NCBI GenBank assembly: GCA_041577295.1
Contig: JBFGJG010000018.1
Location: 11,230 to 75,229 of the forward strand
DNA length: 64,000 nt
Direction of reading: 5' to 3'
DNA from: Gemmatimonadales bacterium
GTDB lineage: Bacteria > Gemmatimonadota > Gemmatimonadetes > Gemmatimonadales > GWC2-71-9
Shown here: positions 32,021-42,078 of the stretch, piece by piece
Numbering within the stretch: the stretch's first letter is position 1
Layout: every line of letters begins with the position of its first letter
The notes under the pieces: generated by a model
The model's input: only the letters and a program-made list of their open reading frames with translations
Told to the model about the DNA's origin: nothing
The model's database searches: none
Program-made: the position numbers and the translations under genes

Positions 32021-34372
32021 CTGAATATCGAAAAGGCGAAAGACCGCGCTCGGAAACTCGAGCTCAAAGGGCAGTACGACAAGGCGATCGAGCTGTATTC
32101 GAAGGTGATTCGAGAGCTCGAAAACACGCCGGGTCTCTATCATGAGCTCTCGCTGTTCAATAAAGTTGGCGACCTCTATCTGAAGACGGGGGCCGTCCAG
32201 CCCGCCGTGGAGATGTACGAGCGAGCGGCAAATCACTACGCCGAGTCGGGCTTGCCAAACAATGCGATCGCGTTGTGCAACAAAATTCTCCGTAATGCTC
32301 CCGGCCGCACGCAAGTCTATCTCAAGCTCGCACAGCTCATGGTTCAGCGAGGCTTTGTGGCGGAGGCCAAGCAGAACCTGCTGGAGTACGCCGAGCGGAT
32401 GCAACGCGCTGGAAAGTTGGAGGAGGCGTTTGAGGCGCTGAAGGAGTTCGCGGACCTCTCACCGGCCAACGACGAGATTCGTTTGTTGCTTGCCGAGCAG
32501 CTCAAGGCGGCCGCGCGCTCCGACGAGGCCCGTGAGCAATTGAACAAATTGTATTCCGAGCTTCAGGCTACGGGCGACACGCGCCGCTCGCGGCTGACGT
32601 TGGAGAAGATTCGCGCCATCGATCCCGAGTACGACGTCGGTGAGCCGACCCCACCGGCCACGGTCGTGAAGGGCAAGACCAGCGATCTGGTGTTCCTCGA
32701 TTTGGGCGATGAGCCGACTGTCAGCCGAGAATCGGTCGTCGAACCGCAACCCATCGAGGACATTCGGCGCTCCCCAGTAGACGATCTCGAGCCGGTGGAA
32801 GTCGACGAGGTCGACGACGAACTCCATATCGAGCGAACTTCGGCCGAGTTCGATCTCGCCACGGGAGAACACCAAACGGTGGAGGGGCTCGAGATAGGTG
32901 GCTTGGAGGGAACCGACGCTCCCGAGCTGCCACCGCTGGAGATCGAGACGACGGGCATCGGCGACCCCATCTTTGGACCGCTCGACGAGGAGGAGCTGAC
33001 TGCGCCTTCGATTGACTTCGAGGAGGACGACACCGACGAAGAACCGCTGGTCGCTGATCTTCCAATCATCGAAATGCCGGACCCAGAAGAGGATGAAGGC
33101 GAGCCCGAGCTCGAAGAGACGGAGGTCTCGGTTGACTTGCCCCTGATCGAGGGCTCCTTCGACTTCGATGAAGATGAAGAGCTCAGTGAGCTATCTGTCG
33201 ATTCTTTCGACCTGCGAGGCAGCGCAAGCATCGAAGCGCCTGAGCTCGACCTCGGTGACGAGGAGTCCGACGAGGAGTTCGAACTAGCGCCGCAGGGAGC
33301 GAGCACCACACTGCCACTGCTCGACGACGTCACGGTGGTGGAGGAAGAAGGTGCCACGGTGCTAGTGCTCGAGGACCGCGTGGCCGAGAACCCCGACGAT
33401 CCGGTCCTCCACCGAGAATTGGGAGAAGCGCTGCTCGAGAACGGCGAGCGCGAGCGAGGTCTCGAGGAGCTCGATCTCGCCCTCCAGTTGCACGAATCGC
33501 GCGAGGAGTGGACATCCGTCTCCGCGCTGGTGGATGAGCTGCTGCGACTCGATCCCAACAGTGCCCGGTATCACCAAAAACGCGTCGAGCTTGCGTTTCG
33601 TGCGTCCGACAAACGGCTGCTTGTCGATGCATATCTCGGGCTGGCCAACGCGTTGGTGCGTTCTGACGAGGTGGATCGCGCACGCCTCGTGTACCAACGG
33701 GTGCTCGAACACGATCCGGAAAACGAGCTGGCCATCGCCAGCCTCGAGGCGCTCGAACCAGCGGTCGAAGAGCCGGCGGCACACGTGGAGCGCACGGTTG
33801 AGCGGAGCCTTGCACAAGAGCCGCCGCCGCGCGAAAGCGGGTACGTGGATCTCGGCGCGCTCCTGCTCGACGAAGAAGATCCGCTCGAGCGCGACACGCG
33901 TATGCGGGTGGAGGAAGAAGAACCAACGGGCGATGAGCAAAAAGACTTCGAGCGAATGCTGAGCCGCTTCAAGCGGGGCATCGAAGTCAATGTCGAAGAG
34001 GAGGATGCGCAAGCGCACTACGACTTGGGCATCGCGTTCAAGGAGATGGGGCTGCTGGACGAGGCGATCTCGGAATTCCAAAAGGCGCTCAGAGCCTCCG
34101 ATGGACGGCTCAAGACGGCTGAAGCACTCGGGCTGTGCTTCTTCGAGAAGGGTCAGTACTCGGTCGCGGCGACAGTGCTGCGACGCGCAGTTGATGGTGA
34201 ACCGGGCGGTGACGACATGAAGATCGGTCTTCTCTACTGGCTCGGTCGGTGTGAGGAGGAGCTCGACCGCAGTGCCGAAGCGCTCCAGCACTACCAGCGG
34301 GTCTTTGCCATCGACATCAACTTTGGCGATGTGGGCAAGCGGGTACGGGCGCTTGCCGGAGCCGGGAGTTAG
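32021..34372 (+). CDS. Large TPR protein with long acidic low-complexity linker
   Basis: N-terminal and C-terminal TPR clusters (AHYDLGIAFKEMGLLDEAISEFQKA) flank a D/E-rich region. The frame extends to CTG 32021 behind a GAGGT Shine-Dalgarno. Confidence 0.8.
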   Translation: MNIEKAKDRARKLELKGQYDKAIELYSKVIRELENTPGLYHELSLFNKVGDLYLKTGAVQPAVEMYERAANHYAESGLPNNAIALCNKILRNAPGRTQVYLKLAQLMVQRGFVAEAKQNLLEYAERMQRAGKLEEAFEALKEFADLSPANDEIRLLLAEQLKAAARSDEAREQLNKLYSELQATGDTRRSRLTLEKIRAIDPEYDVGEPTPPATVVKGKTSDLVFLDLGDEPTVSRESVVEPQPIEDIRRSPVDDLEPVEVDEVDDELHIERTSAEFDLATGEHQTVEGLEIGGLEGTDAPELPPLEIETTGIGDPIFGPLDEEELTAPSIDFEEDDTDEEPLVADLPIIEMPDPEEDEGEPELEETEVSVDLPLIEGSFDFDEDEELSELSVDSFDLRGSASIEAPELDLGDEESDEEFELAPQGASTTLPLLDDVTVVEEEGATVLVLEDRVAENPDDPVLHRELGEALLENGERERGLEELDLALQLHESREEWTSVSALVDELLRLDPNSARYHQKRVELAFRASDKRLLVDAYLGLANALVRSDEVDRARLVYQRVLEHDPENELAIASLEALEPAVEEPAAHVERTVERSLAQEPPPRESGYVDLGALLLDEEDPLERDTRMRVEEEEPTGDEQKDFERMLSRFKRGIEVNVEEEDAQAHYDLGIAFKEMGLLDEAISEFQKALRASDGRLKTAEALGLCFFEKGQYSVAATVLRRAVDGEPGGDDMKIGLLYWLGRCEEELDRSAEALQHYQRVFAIDINFGDVGKRVRALAGAGS

Positions 34373-34376
34373 CTCC

Positions 34377-35366
34377 GTGGGTCCTCAAGTCGTCCGTCCG
34401 GCGCTGGCTGCTATCCAGCAGCCGGTTCGTCAGCAGTTGGACGAGGTGTTCGCCGAGCTGCGAAGGATCATAACCGCAGACTTTCATCTGATCAGTGACG
34501 TGAATGAGCATTTGCTCCGGATCCGGGGCAAGATGTTTCGTCCAACGTTGCTCTTGCTTTCAGCACAAGCGACCCGAGACCCCGATCCCCGCGATGTGAC
34601 GCTGGCAGCAGTCATCGAGCTGATCCACCTCGCCACCTTGATTCATGACGATTCAGTGGACCACTCCGTGTTACGTCGTGGCCAGCCGACCGTGAACGCC
34701 CTGTTCAGCCATCAGGTTGCCGTGATCATGGGAGATTACCTCTACTCCCGTGCGATTACGGAGCTGGTGCGTCTCGATGACCTCGAACCACTCCGAGTCA
34801 TCAGCAGAGTGACGAACGAAATGACAGTCGGCGAAATGCGGGAAATCGCCGCGCATGATGTCCTCGACTTCTCCGAAGACGACTATGATCAGCTCATCGA
34901 TGCTAAGACGGCCTCGCTCATGGCAGGGGCGTGCGAGGTCGGTGGCATCGGCGGGCAACCCGAGCACCGCGACGCGTTGCGACGCTACGGGCGGTACCTC
35001 GGGCAGGCGTTCCAGATCGCGGATGACCTGTTGGACTACACCGAAACGGAGTCCGTAACCGGCAAACCGACCGGGCTCGACCTGCGAGAACACAAGATCA
35101 CACTGCCGCTGATCCTGGCTCTGCGCGATATGAGTGATGACGAGCGGGAGCGAGTCGAGACCCTAATGGCGGATCCGACGCCGTCCGATGACCTCATCAA
35201 TGCGGTCGTCCGGACGGTCGAAGCGCGCGGCGGAATCGACGGGGCTCGCACGCGAGCCGAAGAGTTCGCTATACAGGCCGAGAGGGAGCTGGAGCACATT
35301 CCGCCGTCACGCGCACGCGACGCGTTACGGGACTGTATCGTCTACGCAATCGAGCGCCGGAGCTGA
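34377..35366 (+). CDS. Trans-polyprenyl diphosphate synthase (octa-/heptaprenyl type)
   Basis: GKMFRP, ELIHLATLIHDDSVD..RRG, GDYL, KTASL, FQIADDLLD, GKPTGLDLRE. Confidence 0.92.
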   Translation: MGPQVVRPALAAIQQPVRQQLDEVFAELRRIITADFHLISDVNEHLLRIRGKMFRPTLLLLSAQATRDPDPRDVTLAAVIELIHLATLIHDDSVDHSVLRRGQPTVNALFSHQVAVIMGDYLYSRAITELVRLDDLEPLRVISRVTNEMTVGEMREIAAHDVLDFSEDDYDQLIDAKTASLMAGACEVGGIGGQPEHRDALRRYGRYLGQAFQIADDLLDYTETESVTGKPTGLDLREHKITLPLILALRDMSDDERERVETLMADPTPSDDLINAVVRTVEARGGIDGARTRAEEFAIQAERELEHIPPSRARDALRDCIVYAIERRS

Positions 35367-35369
35367 CCC

Positions 35370-35642
35370 GTGGCCATCGGACCGCGCCGCCCGCTATTTT
35401 ACATATTGGTGCTGGCCTTGGGGTTCATCCTCGGCGGGTTCTTGTCGGCATTGCTCGAGCGTTTCTTGCCCGACGGACCGGCTAAGGAGTTCTTCACCTG
35501 GACGGTTGCACCGTCCGTCGGCCCGCTCCAGTTGGATCTGTTGATCCTGAGCTTGGCGCTGGGACCCGTTGCCCTGAAAGTCTCGTTGCTCGGCCTGGTG
35601 GGTATCGTTCTGGCGTACTTGCTCGCACGCACTCTCTTTTAG
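35370..35642 (+). CDS. Small membrane protein (DUF4321-like)
   Basis: 90 aa with two hydrophobic segments flanking VGPLQLDLLIL; tightly packed between the prenyl synthase and tatA. Confidence 0.65.
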   Translation: MAIGPRRPLFYILVLALGFILGGFLSALLERFLPDGPAKEFFTWTVAPSVGPLQLDLLILSLALGPVALKVSLLGLVGIVLAYLLARTLF

Positions 35643-35657
35643 CGAGGCGGACACATC

Positions 35658-35903
35658 ATGCCATTCAACATCGGCATGTGGGAGCTGCTGATCATCTTGT
35701 TGGTGCTGCTGCTCGTCTTCGGCGCGAAGCGGCTCCCGGAGATCGGCCAGTCGATGGGGAAAGGAATTCGGGAGTTCAAGAAGAGTATCCGCGAGGTGAA
35801 GAACGAGATCGAGACCGACTCAGGGGTAACGCCACCTTCCCGGCAAATCGATGCCCCGAGCGGCGACGCATCACGCGGTGATCCCAAGAAACTTTCGGAG
35901 TAG
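35658..35903 (+). CDS. tatA: Twin-arginine translocase TatA/E
   Basis: IGMWELLIILLVLLLVFGAKRLPEIGQSMGKGIREFKK. Confidence 0.95.
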   Translation: MPFNIGMWELLIILLVLLLVFGAKRLPEIGQSMGKGIREFKKSIREVKNEIETDSGVTPPSRQIDAPSGDASRGDPKKLSE

Positions 35904-35930
35904 GATCTCCTCGGCAGGACCCAATCCAAG

Positions 35931-35958
35931 GGGCCCGGCGAACCGTCTCGCCGGGCCC
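35931..35958. terminator. GC-rich hairpin between convergent tatA and ppiD (probable terminator)
   Basis: 11-bp stem GGGCCCGGCGA / TCGCCGGGCCC with a 6-nt loop. The U-tract is weak. Confidence 0.6.
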
Positions 35959-35986
35959 TGATTGCTACGCTCGCAGCACCCCTGCC

Positions 35987-37849
35987 CTAAAACCCAAACG
36001 GATTTTGCGGAAACGGCGAGTCCGGGATTGCCTGCTGTGCGCGCTCGAGCTCTCGTCGGCGATCCACCACGTCTGCCTTGTCGCGCAGTGACGCGTAGAT
36101 GAGCTGCACACGCCCTTGTCGCTCCTGACGCAGGACCTCTTCCCGCAGCTGATCGATCTCCGCCAAGAACGCATTCGTGTCCGCCAGTTCGCGCGCCGTG
36201 GGCTCGATGAAGAAGATCGCGCGTTCAGACTCCACCGGTCCCCCGGGGGTTCCCACGGGTAGGCCGAACGCGAGGCCAACCGCGGCAGGGGCGTCCCGCA
36301 ACGGGGGCGCCGGCGCCGTCCGCGTGAACGGGCCAAGGGTGCGGGGGGTGAGCTGTCGTTGGCTGGCCGCGGTAGTCAGTGGCGTCCCGGCGGCGAGGTC
36401 CGCTGCAATCTCTCGCGCCACGGCGCGGGTCCGCTCCCACTGCTTGGCCAGCTTCGCGGCTTGCCGTACCTGCGCCTGTACGCGGGCGAGCGGTGGCACG
36501 CCTTCCGGGATCAGACTGTCCAGACGGAAGACGTAGTACGCGAAGTCGGTCTCGATCACCTGCGAGATTTCCCCCGCTTCCGCTTCAAACACCCAGATCG
36601 CCGCGTCGGGGACGAACCGCTCACCGATCCGTGCCGACTGTCCCTCGATGATGGGGCCCGCCTGCTGCAGGGTCAGTCCCATCAGACTCGCGGCATTGTC
36701 GAGCGCCCGCGGGTCATCCTGTTCGGCGGCGAGCAAATCGAGTGAATCTGCGCGACCGTCCACCTCGTCGAGGTGATCTGGCTCGAGTTCGATCGCGACC
36801 AGAATGTGACGGGCGTTGTAGCTCGTCGCCGACTTGGACTCCAGCTTGATGATATGGTATCCAAACGGCGACAACACCGGATCGGAGATCTGACCGGGTC
36901 TGAGTGCCAGGGCGGCCTCCTCGAAGGGGCGCACGAAACGGCCGAGCTCCGCCTCGCCAAGATCACCACCGTTCTCGCGACTTACCGAGTCGGCCGATTC
37001 TCGTGCGGCAACCTCGGCAAAGTCAGCACCGTCGCGGATCTCGGCCAGCAGCTCGTTCGCTCTGACGAGAGCCGCTGCCGTGTCTGCCGCGTTGGGGATC
37101 CGCGAGACCATGACGTAGCTGACGTAGCCACGCGCCGATTCCCGAAATTCATCCCGGTGCGTGCGGTAGTACTGCTGGACCTCCTGATCGGTGACCTCGA
37201 CCGCGGAATCGGGCACGACGAGCTGTGGCAGCAGCGTCACCGCGCGCACGCTCACCGAGTCGTTCCGATCGCGGTAGATACGCCACAGCCGGGCGTCCGA
37301 CACGTACACATCCGCCGTCAGCCGTTCGAGCAGTTTCAGCCGGGGGATCTCCTGACGATACCGCGCCTCCAAGGCAATAGCGAAGCTCGGATCGACACCC
37401 GATTGCAGGTACCGCTGGTACTTCTGCAGGTCGAACTGGCTGTCCGTCTGAAACTCGGGGATTTGCATAACCTCGGGCGGGGGAGCGTTGAGGATGGCTT
37501 GCCGCAGCTCTTCTTCGCTCACCGAGATACCACGTCGTCGGTACTCCTGCGCCAGGATGGCCTGTTGGACCAGCTGCTCCATGACCGCGTCTTCGAGGGC
37601 ACGCTGCTCCTCGAGGGTCACGGGGACGGGAGCGCCCTGTGCCCGCTGCTGCTCCTGCGCATCTCGCAGGGCCGCGTAGTAGGTCTGCAGGTTGATCTTT
37701 TCGCCGTTGACGCTGGCGACTTCGTCCGTAATGCCGCCCCCACCTCGTCCGGTCACATCCATCCCCACCTCGAACACCATCCAGACCACGAAGCTGAGGG
37801 CCACAATCACCATGATCCACGGTGCTATGCCGCGCATGAGCCGCATCAT
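35987..37849 (-). CDS. ppiD: Periplasmic chaperone/parvulin PPIase PpiD (SurA_N + rotamase)
   Basis: N-terminal TM anchor, VASVNGEKI, and parvulin motif FAEVAARESAD...GGDLG...FEEAALAL..GQISDPVLSPFGYHIIK. Confidence 0.85.
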   Translation of the reverse strand: MMRLMRGIAPWIMVIVALSFVVWMVFEVGMDVTGRGGGGITDEVASVNGEKINLQTYYAALRDAQEQQRAQGAPVPVTLEEQRALEDAVMEQLVQQAILAQEYRRRGISVSEEELRQAILNAPPPEVMQIPEFQTDSQFDLQKYQRYLQSGVDPSFAIALEARYRQEIPRLKLLERLTADVYVSDARLWRIYRDRNDSVSVRAVTLLPQLVVPDSAVEVTDQEVQQYYRTHRDEFRESARGYVSYVMVSRIPNAADTAAALVRANELLAEIRDGADFAEVAARESADSVSRENGGDLGEAELGRFVRPFEEAALALRPGQISDPVLSPFGYHIIKLESKSATSYNARHILVAIELEPDHLDEVDGRADSLDLLAAEQDDPRALDNAASLMGLTLQQAGPIIEGQSARIGERFVPDAAIWVFEAEAGEISQVIETDFAYYVFRLDSLIPEGVPPLARVQAQVRQAAKLAKQWERTRAVAREIAADLAAGTPLTTAASQRQLTPRTLGPFTRTAPAPPLRDAPAAVGLAFGLPVGTPGGPVESERAIFFIEPTARELADTNAFLAEIDQLREEVLRQERQGRVQLIYASLRDKADVVDRRRELERAQQAIPDSPFPQNPFGF

Positions 37850-38159
37850 AAGCTTACCACGCTCCAATGCTCCACAGAGCCGCTAAGTCTAAGCGTGACA
37901 ACGAGAAATCTCAAGGCTCGCGCCTCCCAGTCTGTTGCCTTGGCGGTTGGCGAGCGCTAAGTTGTGCGATTGCAGATGCCTAGACCGTTTCGCGAGCCCC
38001 GGCGGCGGCGGATTAACGTTTCCGCCCCGCCCGCATCGTCGGCGTGGCCATCGGTGCTGCCGAGCGAGCGGCGGAGATGGCAGCCAACAGAGGGGCTCGA
38101 GGTCCACCTGCGGCCTCCATCCCGTACCCCAATAGGGCGGCGAAGAGCCGCCTAGACGC

Positions 38160-40490
38160 ATGGCTTACCAGAGCGAGATCGAAAAACTCGAGCAACGGTT
38201 CCGCGAGAAACCCGAGCAGTGGTTTGCCGCGTTGGCCGATGCATACCGCAAAGCCGACCAGGTCGAGAAGGCCCTCGATGTGGTGCGCGCCGGTCTCGAG
38301 AAGCGACCCAATTACACGAGTGGCCACATCGTCTTGGGACGCTGCCTTTTGGATCAGGCGAACGATCCCGAGGCGGCCCATGCCTTCGAGCGGGTGTTGG
38401 AGCTCGACGCCGAGAACATCATTGCGCTGAAGTCCTTGAGCGAGATCGCCGACCGGCAGGGCGACCAGCCCGGCTCGAAGCGATGGCTGGAGCGCCTCCT
38501 CGAGGTCGACCCGATGAACGACGAGGCGCGGCTTGCGCTTGAGTCGCTCGAGGCCGAAGGCGTGGTCTCGGCCGAGCCCGTGGGAGGGCCTCCGGCGGTG
38601 GCCGAGCCCGAGCCGGAAATCGAGGTGGTTCTGCCTCAGGAGCAGCCGCGGGAGGCGGTGGCGGAGGTCGAGCCCGAGGTGGTGGCCGAACCGGAGCCCG
38701 CACCGGCGCCGGTCTCCGAAGTGCAGACCGAGCCCACCGAAGCGATTTCGGATGACGTGATCGACGAGGAAGTGCTGCAGCTCGAGACGCCGGAGCTGGC
38801 TGCCAAGATCTCAGACGAGTTCCCCGTGCCCGACTTCGACACCGCCGTCATCGAGCCGTCCCCGCTCATCGAGCCAACAGTCGACGAGGAAGAAGTTGAA
38901 GAGCTCGAGCTCGAGCGGTCGTGGGATTTCGAGTCCGACGTCCCCACCGTGCAGATGGAGCCGTTTGGGCTGGAGCGAGTCGAAGAACCGGACCTCGAGT
39001 TCGCTGGCGAATCGTTTGAGGAGGTCGTGCAGGAATCGGCGGCCGAGGATGCGGAATCTCAGCACGTGGAGGCGGAGGAGCCGGTATGGGGGCAAGCGTC
39101 ACAAGAAACGATCGATGTGTCGGCCGAGCAGGTCGAGGACGTCGCGTCCGATGTGGCGCCGGAATCGCTCGAAGTCACGTCCTTCGACGAGGAACTGGCC
39201 TGGGACGCCGGTGAGCGCCTGTCACGCGAGATCACTGACGAGGACCTGCGGGAAGCGGAGCGGGCTCACGAGGAGAGCTTGGAGGAGACCGCCCACTACA
39301 TCCCAGGTCTCGAGTACGCCGAGGTACCCGACATTGCGAGCGGTCCGACTGCGCATTCGGACGAGGAGGTCGTTGCAGAACAGACCGCCATCCCCGAAGA
39401 GGAGGCCGACGTCGAGGGCGGGACAGCTCCTCATGAAGAGCCTCGCCCGCTTGCGGAGATTCCAGGAGAGGCGTGGACGGCGCCTGAGTTTGAGGTCACC
39501 GATGACGAGCCGGTACCGGAGCAGGAGGATGTGTTGGAGGTTGAGGCGGCGTCAGAGACCGACGCTGTAGATGTTCCGGTATGGGGTATCGACGAGAGGT
39601 CTTCGGAGCAGGGGGCGGTCGAGGTCGAAGAGGAGGCGGTGGCGCCTACTGACGCCCAACCGCTTCCGAGTGGGTTCGAGGCTGGGCTGGTAGATGAGGT
39701 GGACGTCGGCATTACGGCTGAAGAGCCAGAAGAGTTGTTCGCCGAATCAGACGCGGTCGCCGATCGTTCGCAGCGGGCCACGGCCGGTTTGCCTTTGATC
39801 GTCCCTGACGAGGAGCAAGAACTGGCGGCGGACGACGAGCGAGAGCCCGAGCCGGAGCCCGAGCCGGTACTCACCGAAACGATGGCAGAAGTTTACGCTC
39901 GCCAGGGTTTGTTTGGCGAAGCGCGTCACATCTACGAGCAACTATTGGCGGCCCGCCCGGGCGATCCAGAGTTGGAGACTCGCATTGCGGAATTGGATCG
40001 TCGGGCCACGGCACGCCGCCGGGACGAGCGCGAAGAATTGGCCGAGCGCTTTGCGGCGGCTTCCACCGGGGGCGGCTCAGTCAGAGCGATGCTGGCCGAG
40101 GTGTCGGCGACCCGGCTCGGGCTCGACTCATCGCCCGGAGCAGCGCCGCAGCCGTTCGAGCACGAGGTTGGTGCGTCGGAGTCAGGTCGGGACGCCGCTC
40201 TCGATTTCGCGTTTGCGGGCGCCGACGACGAGCCGCTTGCCGCTCCGTCAGCGCCGGCTGACGATGATTTATCGCTGGCGACGGTCTTTGGAGAGGAGCC
40301 GACCGCCTCGCCACCGGCCCCCGAAGAGGACTCCGCCAGTGGGCGCAAGGGCCAAGAGTCGTCATACGATGAGTTTTTCGGCGGTGGGGAGGCGCCACCT
40401 CCCGACGCCGAGCCGTCCTCGGACACGCCGTCATCCGAGGGGGATGGCGACGAAGGCTTTCAGGACTGGCTCGAGAGCCTCAAGACCTAA
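38160..40490 (+). CDS. TPR protein with very long acidic low-complexity region
   Basis: N-terminal TPRs (FAALADAYRK...RPNYTSGHIVLGRC), a long E/D/P-rich linker, a TETMAEVYARQG TPR and the C-terminus FQDWLESLK. Confidence 0.8.
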   Translation: MAYQSEIEKLEQRFREKPEQWFAALADAYRKADQVEKALDVVRAGLEKRPNYTSGHIVLGRCLLDQANDPEAAHAFERVLELDAENIIALKSLSEIADRQGDQPGSKRWLERLLEVDPMNDEARLALESLEAEGVVSAEPVGGPPAVAEPEPEIEVVLPQEQPREAVAEVEPEVVAEPEPAPAPVSEVQTEPTEAISDDVIDEEVLQLETPELAAKISDEFPVPDFDTAVIEPSPLIEPTVDEEEVEELELERSWDFESDVPTVQMEPFGLERVEEPDLEFAGESFEEVVQESAAEDAESQHVEAEEPVWGQASQETIDVSAEQVEDVASDVAPESLEVTSFDEELAWDAGERLSREITDEDLREAERAHEESLEETAHYIPGLEYAEVPDIASGPTAHSDEEVVAEQTAIPEEEADVEGGTAPHEEPRPLAEIPGEAWTAPEFEVTDDEPVPEQEDVLEVEAASETDAVDVPVWGIDERSSEQGAVEVEEEAVAPTDAQPLPSGFEAGLVDEVDVGITAEEPEELFAESDAVADRSQRATAGLPLIVPDEEQELAADDEREPEPEPEPVLTETMAEVYARQGLFGEARHIYEQLLAARPGDPELETRIAELDRRATARRRDEREELAERFAAASTGGGSVRAMLAEVSATRLGLDSSPGAAPQPFEHEVGASESGRDAALDFAFAGADDEPLAAPSAPADDDLSLATVFGEEPTASPPAPEEDSASGRKGQESSYDEFFGGGEAPPPDAEPSSDTPSSEGDGDEGFQDWLESLKT

Positions 40491-40934
40491 GTGCGGGTCG
40501 CCGTCCTCAACGGACCTAATCTGAATCTCCTGGGCATCCGGGAGCCTCACGTGTATGGCTCCCAAACGCTGCAGGAAATCGAGGAGGTCGTGCGGCGGTG
40601 CGCCGAGGCCAAAGGGGTCGAACTCGTGTGGCGCCAAACGAATCACGAGGGTGAGTTCGTAGAGTTTGTGCAGGGGTTGCAGGGAGCGGCGAATGGTGCG
40701 CTCGTGAATGCGGCGGCGTTCACGCACACGTCGATGGCGGTGCGGGATGCGTTGTTGGCCGTTGGCACCCCGTTCGTCGAGGTGCACCTATCCAATATTT
40801 ACGCTCGCGAGCCCACGCGGCGGCATTCCCTGCTTGCGGACATCGCGATAGGTGTGATCGCCGGCTTTGGGGCGCACAGTTACGTGCTCGGTCTCGACGC
40901 GCTCCTTCGCCACCTATCGCAGCGTGTCTCCTGA
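40491..40934 (+). CDS. aroQ: Type II 3-dehydroquinate dehydratase
   Basis: LNGPNLNLLGIREPHVYG, NHEG, THTS, EVHLSNIYARE. Confidence 0.96.
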   Translation: MRVAVLNGPNLNLLGIREPHVYGSQTLQEIEEVVRRCAEAKGVELVWRQTNHEGEFVEFVQGLQGAANGALVNAAAFTHTSMAVRDALLAVGTPFVEVHLSNIYAREPTRRHSLLADIAIGVIAGFGAHSYVLGLDALLRHLSQRVS

Positions 40935-42018
40935 CCGCCGGGGTGAACGACGCGCGGCGTTGCTTCAGATCCTCGAGGAGGAGGCGTTGGATGGCCTCGT
41001 CATCCTGCACCTCCCTAACATTCGCTATTTGTGCGGGTTCACGGGGACGGCCGGCATCGCCGCCGTCCTCCCGGAGGAGACGGTTTTCTTCACGGATTTC
41101 CGTTATCGTACGCAGGCGGAGGCTGAGGTTGGCGATGCGGCCCGGGTGGAAATCGTCGCCTCCGATACGTGGAAGCGGCTGTGGCAAGTGTTGGGCGAGT
41201 ACCCCGGGGTCGAGACCTTAGGGTTTGAGAGTCACGTCGTAACGGTCGCTGAGGCGCAGCGTTTTAACGAGACCGGATCACGCCTCCGCTCTCAGCCGGC
41301 GCGCGAGTTGGTGGAGCGACTCCGCGTCACCAAAGACGCGGAGGAGATCGCCGCGATCAGAGCGGCCGCGGCCCTCGCCATGGATGCGCTCGAACCCGTG
41401 CTGGCCTGTGTCCGCGTCGGACAGAGCGAGCGAGACATCGCCGCCCGATTGGAACATGAGCTGCGGGCGCGGGGGAGTGAGTGGCACCCCTTTCCGACGA
41501 TCGTGGCGTCCGGGCCGCGCAGTGCGCTCCCACATGCGCGGACCAGCAATCGGGAAGTGGAATCGGGGGATTGGCTCCTCCTTGACTTCGGGGCGCAGGT
41601 GGATGGATACTGCGCGGATGTCACTCGCACGGTTGTGGTCGGGCGGCCGGCCGACGAGCGGCAAAAAACCGTTTATCAGATCGTTCGCGACGCGCAGATC
41701 GCCGCACGCCGCATCGTGCATGCTGGAATGACCGGCAAGGAAGCGGACGGCGTCGCGCGCTCGCTCATTACCCGCCGCGGCTTCGGTGAGGCATTTGGGC
41801 ATTCCTTGGGGCATGGGCTGGGGCTGGAGGTGCACGAGGCACCTCGCGTGAGCAAGGCCAACGAGGATGTGTTGCCGGAGAATGCCGTGGTGACCATCGA
41901 GCCGGGCTTGTATTTCCCGGGCTGGGGTGGTGTGCGAATCGAGGACGACGTGGTGGTGACCATCGATGGCACCGAGTTGCTCTCAGACGGGAAGACGGAG
42001 CTCAGAGAGCTGCGGTAG
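40924..42018 (+). CDS. Xaa-Pro aminopeptidase (M24B)
   Basis: Creatinase N-domain, ALPHA, DFGA...YCADVTRT, HSLGHGLGLEVHE, TIEPGLY, GGVRIEDD. Confidence 0.92.
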   Translation: MSPDRRGERRAALLQILEEEALDGLVILHLPNIRYLCGFTGTAGIAAVLPEETVFFTDFRYRTQAEAEVGDAARVEIVASDTWKRLWQVLGEYPGVETLGFESHVVTVAEAQRFNETGSRLRSQPARELVERLRVTKDAEEIAAIRAAAALAMDALEPVLACVRVGQSERDIAARLEHELRARGSEWHPFPTIVASGPRSALPHARTSNREVESGDWLLLDFGAQVDGYCADVTRTVVVGRPADERQKTVYQIVRDAQIAARRIVHAGMTGKEADGVARSLITRRGFGEAFGHSLGHGLGLEVHEAPRVSKANEDVLPENAVVTIEPGLYFPGWGGVRIEDDVVVTIDGTELLSDGKTELRELR

Positions 42019-42078
42019 TCGATGAGAACCATCGCCAGAGCGGTGGCGTGAATACAAAACCGACGTGGTTCGAGGTTT

